A stretch of 64,000 nucleotides of DNA, from NCBI GenBank assembly GCA_021802705.1, contig JAJZRL010000003.1:14142-78141 (forward strand). The letters are read 5' to 3'. The DNA comes from a bacterium. Lineage in GTDB: Bacteria > Patescibacteriota > Minisyncoccia > Phycocordibacterales > Phycocordibacteraceae. The position numbers and the translations under genes were made by a program. Positions 62,099 to 64,000 of this stretch are shown here, in pieces. The notes below the pieces were generated by a model, which did not search any database, had not been told where the DNA came from, and saw only the letters and a list, made by a program, of their open reading frames with translations. Position 1 is the first letter of the stretch; each line of letters opens with the position of its first letter.

Positions 62099-64000
62099 AT
62101 GGCCTCGCGCTTCATCCATCTGCATACGCACAGCCACTATTCATTCCTCCACGCGCTCCCGAAGGTGAGCGAGCTTGTCGAGAAAGCGAAGAAAGAGGGC
62201 ATGGACGCGCTCGCTCTGACCGACGCAGGCAACATGCACGGCGCAATCGAATTCTATAAAGCGGCAAAGGCAGAGGGGGTGAACCCCGTTCTCGGCGTCG
62301 ACGCGTACCTTGCGCCGCGTTCGCGGCACGAACGGGATCGGAACGTCGACGCGAAATATTCGCGTATCGTGCTCCTTGCGGAAACGACTGAAGGATATGA
62401 GAACCTTCTCGCGCTCGTCACCGCCTCGTGGGTGGAAGGTTTTTTCGAACGTCCGCGCATGGATAAGGAGCTGCTCCGCGCAAGAGCGCGGGGCTTGATC
62501 GCGATACTTCCCTCTTTCTCAAGCGACGTCGCGCAGCTGCTCCGCGCCGGGGATGCGAACGGCGCCGCGGCGGCGCTTGCGGAAACCAAGGATATTTTCG
62601 GCGAAGGAAACGTGTTCCTCGAGATTACCCACCACCCGAAGGTCGAAGGACACGAGGCGCTCATGAAAAAGATCGTCGCGCTCTCGCACGAAAGCGCGAC
62701 ACGGCTCGTCGCCCAGCACGACGTTTATTATCTCGAACCGGAAGACCGGGAAGCGACCGAGATCATGCGCCGCATCCAGCAAGGCGGCCGCGGAAGGAAT
62801 GAACGCGAGGACTTCTCATTCATAAGCGAAGCGCGTGCGATCTCTCTGTTCAAGGACCACCCCGAAGCCATAGCGGCGACGCGAGAGATAGCCGACCGCT
62901 GCAAGGTGTCTTTCGAGCTTGGGAAATGGACGTTTCCCGCGGTTCCCGTCTCCCCCGGTTTCACTACTCATGACGAGGAGCTCCGTGCGAAAGCGTATGC
63001 CGGCATGGAGGCGCGCGACATCCGGCCGTCAAAAGACGTCACAGACCGCATCGAGTACGAGCTCGCCATCATCATCAGCAAAGGATTCGCCGTCTACTAT
63101 CTCATCGTCGCCGATCTTCTCGCCTTCGCCCGCGAAGCCGGCATCCTCACGACCACGCGCGGTTCGGCAGCCGGCTCGCTCGTCGCGTACCTTGTCGGGA
63201 TCACGAACGTGAATCCGCTTTTCTACAAGCTTCCTTTCGAGCGGTTCCTCAATCCGGAGCGGCCGAAGGCGCCGGACATCGACATGGATATCGCCGACAA
63301 CCGGCGCGACGAGATGATCGCGTACACGAAGCGGAAATACGGCGAAGACCACGTCGCGCAAATAGGCACCTTCGGCACGATGATGGCGCGCGCGGCGGTG
63401 CGCGATGTCGCGCGTGCGCTCGGACACTCGTACACAACCGGCGATCGCATCGCGAAACTCATCCCTATGGGCGCGCAAGGGTTCCCTATGACCATCGAAC
63501 GGGCGCTCGAGCTCGAGCCCGACCTGAAAGAGCTCTACAACGAGGACGAAGAGGTGCGCGAGATCGTCGATCTCGCGCGACGTATCGAAGGCTGCGTACG
63601 GCATGTCGGCGTTCATGCGGCGGGAGTCGTCGTTGCGCCGACACCGCTTGTCGAATGGGCGCCGATCCAACCGGACCCGAAAGGAACCGGCAAGCTCATC
63701 ACGCAATACGACATGTACTCCATAACCGACGAGTATGGCGGCGTGGGGCTCTTGAAGTTCGATTTCCTCGGTATCAAGAACCTTGCCATCCTCGCTGACG
63801 CGATCGCGCGCGTAAAGGAGACGCGCGGCGTCCTCATCGATATCGAACGCGTCCCCATCGATGACGAGAAGACCTATGCCATGCTCGCTCGAGGCGAAAC
63901 GGAAGGCGTCTTCCAGCTAAACGGATCCGGCATGACCCGTTGGCTTAAAGAGCTCAAACCGTCGACGATTCACGACATAAACGCGATGGTCGCGCTCTAT
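62099..64000 (+). CDS. dnaE: DNA polymerase III alpha subunit (runs off the window end)
   Basis: FIHLHTHSHYS PHP domain, RGSAAGSLVAY, PDIDMD, HAAGVV, LLKFDFLG, GVFQL. Confidence 0.96.
   Translation, partial: MASRFIHLHTHSHYSFLHALPKVSELVEKAKKEGMDALALTDAGNMHGAIEFYKAAKAEGVNPVLGVDAYLAPRSRHERDRNVDAKYSRIVLLAETTEGYENLLALVTASWVEGFFERPRMDKELLRARARGLIAILPSFSSDVAQLLRAGDANGAAAALAETKDIFGEGNVFLEITHHPKVEGHEALMKKIVALSHESATRLVAQHDVYYLEPEDREATEIMRRIQQGGRGRNEREDFSFISEARAISLFKDHPEAIAATREIADRCKVSFELGKWTFPAVPVSPGFTTHDEELRAKAYAGMEARDIRPSKDVTDRIEYELAIIISKGFAVYYLIVADLLAFAREAGILTTTRGSAAGSLVAYLVGITNVNPLFYKLPFERFLNPERPKAPDIDMDIADNRRDEMIAYTKRKYGEDHVAQIGTFGTMMARAAVRDVARALGHSYTTGDRIAKLIPMGAQGFPMTIERALELEPDLKELYNEDEEVREIVDLARRIEGCVRHVGVHAAGVVVAPTPLVEWAPIQPDPKGTGKLITQYDMYSITDEYGGVGLLKFDFLGIKNLAILADAIARVKETRGVLIDIERVPIDDEKTYAMLARGETEGVFQLNGSGMTRWLKELKPSTIHDINAMVALY

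Overview
This window looks like the chromosome of a Patescibacteria/CPR bacterium (Parcubacteria-like). That is an inference from the compact gene set, short SMC, NusB-NUDIX fusion, rpoB with no rplJL upstream and typical CPR hypothetical families. Bases 1-22.4 kb are mostly accessory: tRNA-Asn, orphan genes, two pseudogenes, a ThiF + nitroreductase + 7TM histidine-kinase operon, an orphan ClpP-like gene and a decayed IS30. They continue with an AT-richer islet (single-chain PheRS-like gene, PP-loop ATPase, unannotated 59-aa Cys peptide), a PaaK-like ligase, sphingomyelin-synthase-like, SET and GT2 genes, and a divergent PanD beside a CysK-like gene. Bases 22.5-35 kb carry GH130/PMM/P-type ATPase/pyk and others. 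Bases 35-64 kb are core genes (prmC, hisS, UvrD-like, rpoD, dnaG, rpoC, rpoB, trmD, khpA, rpsP, rnr, smc, rnc, nusB, rpmF, rnhB, dnaE) with single orphan genes between them. The most notable observations are: a candidate small-molecule signal synthesis/sensing module; a candidate peptide-modification islet; short palindromes sitting in frame inside protein genes; a split between apparently leaderless core genes and Shine-Dalgarno-led orphans, including a symmetric bidirectional -10 box; and a structured intergenic RNA candidate between dnaG and rpoC. All calls come from reading motifs by eye; no database searches were run.
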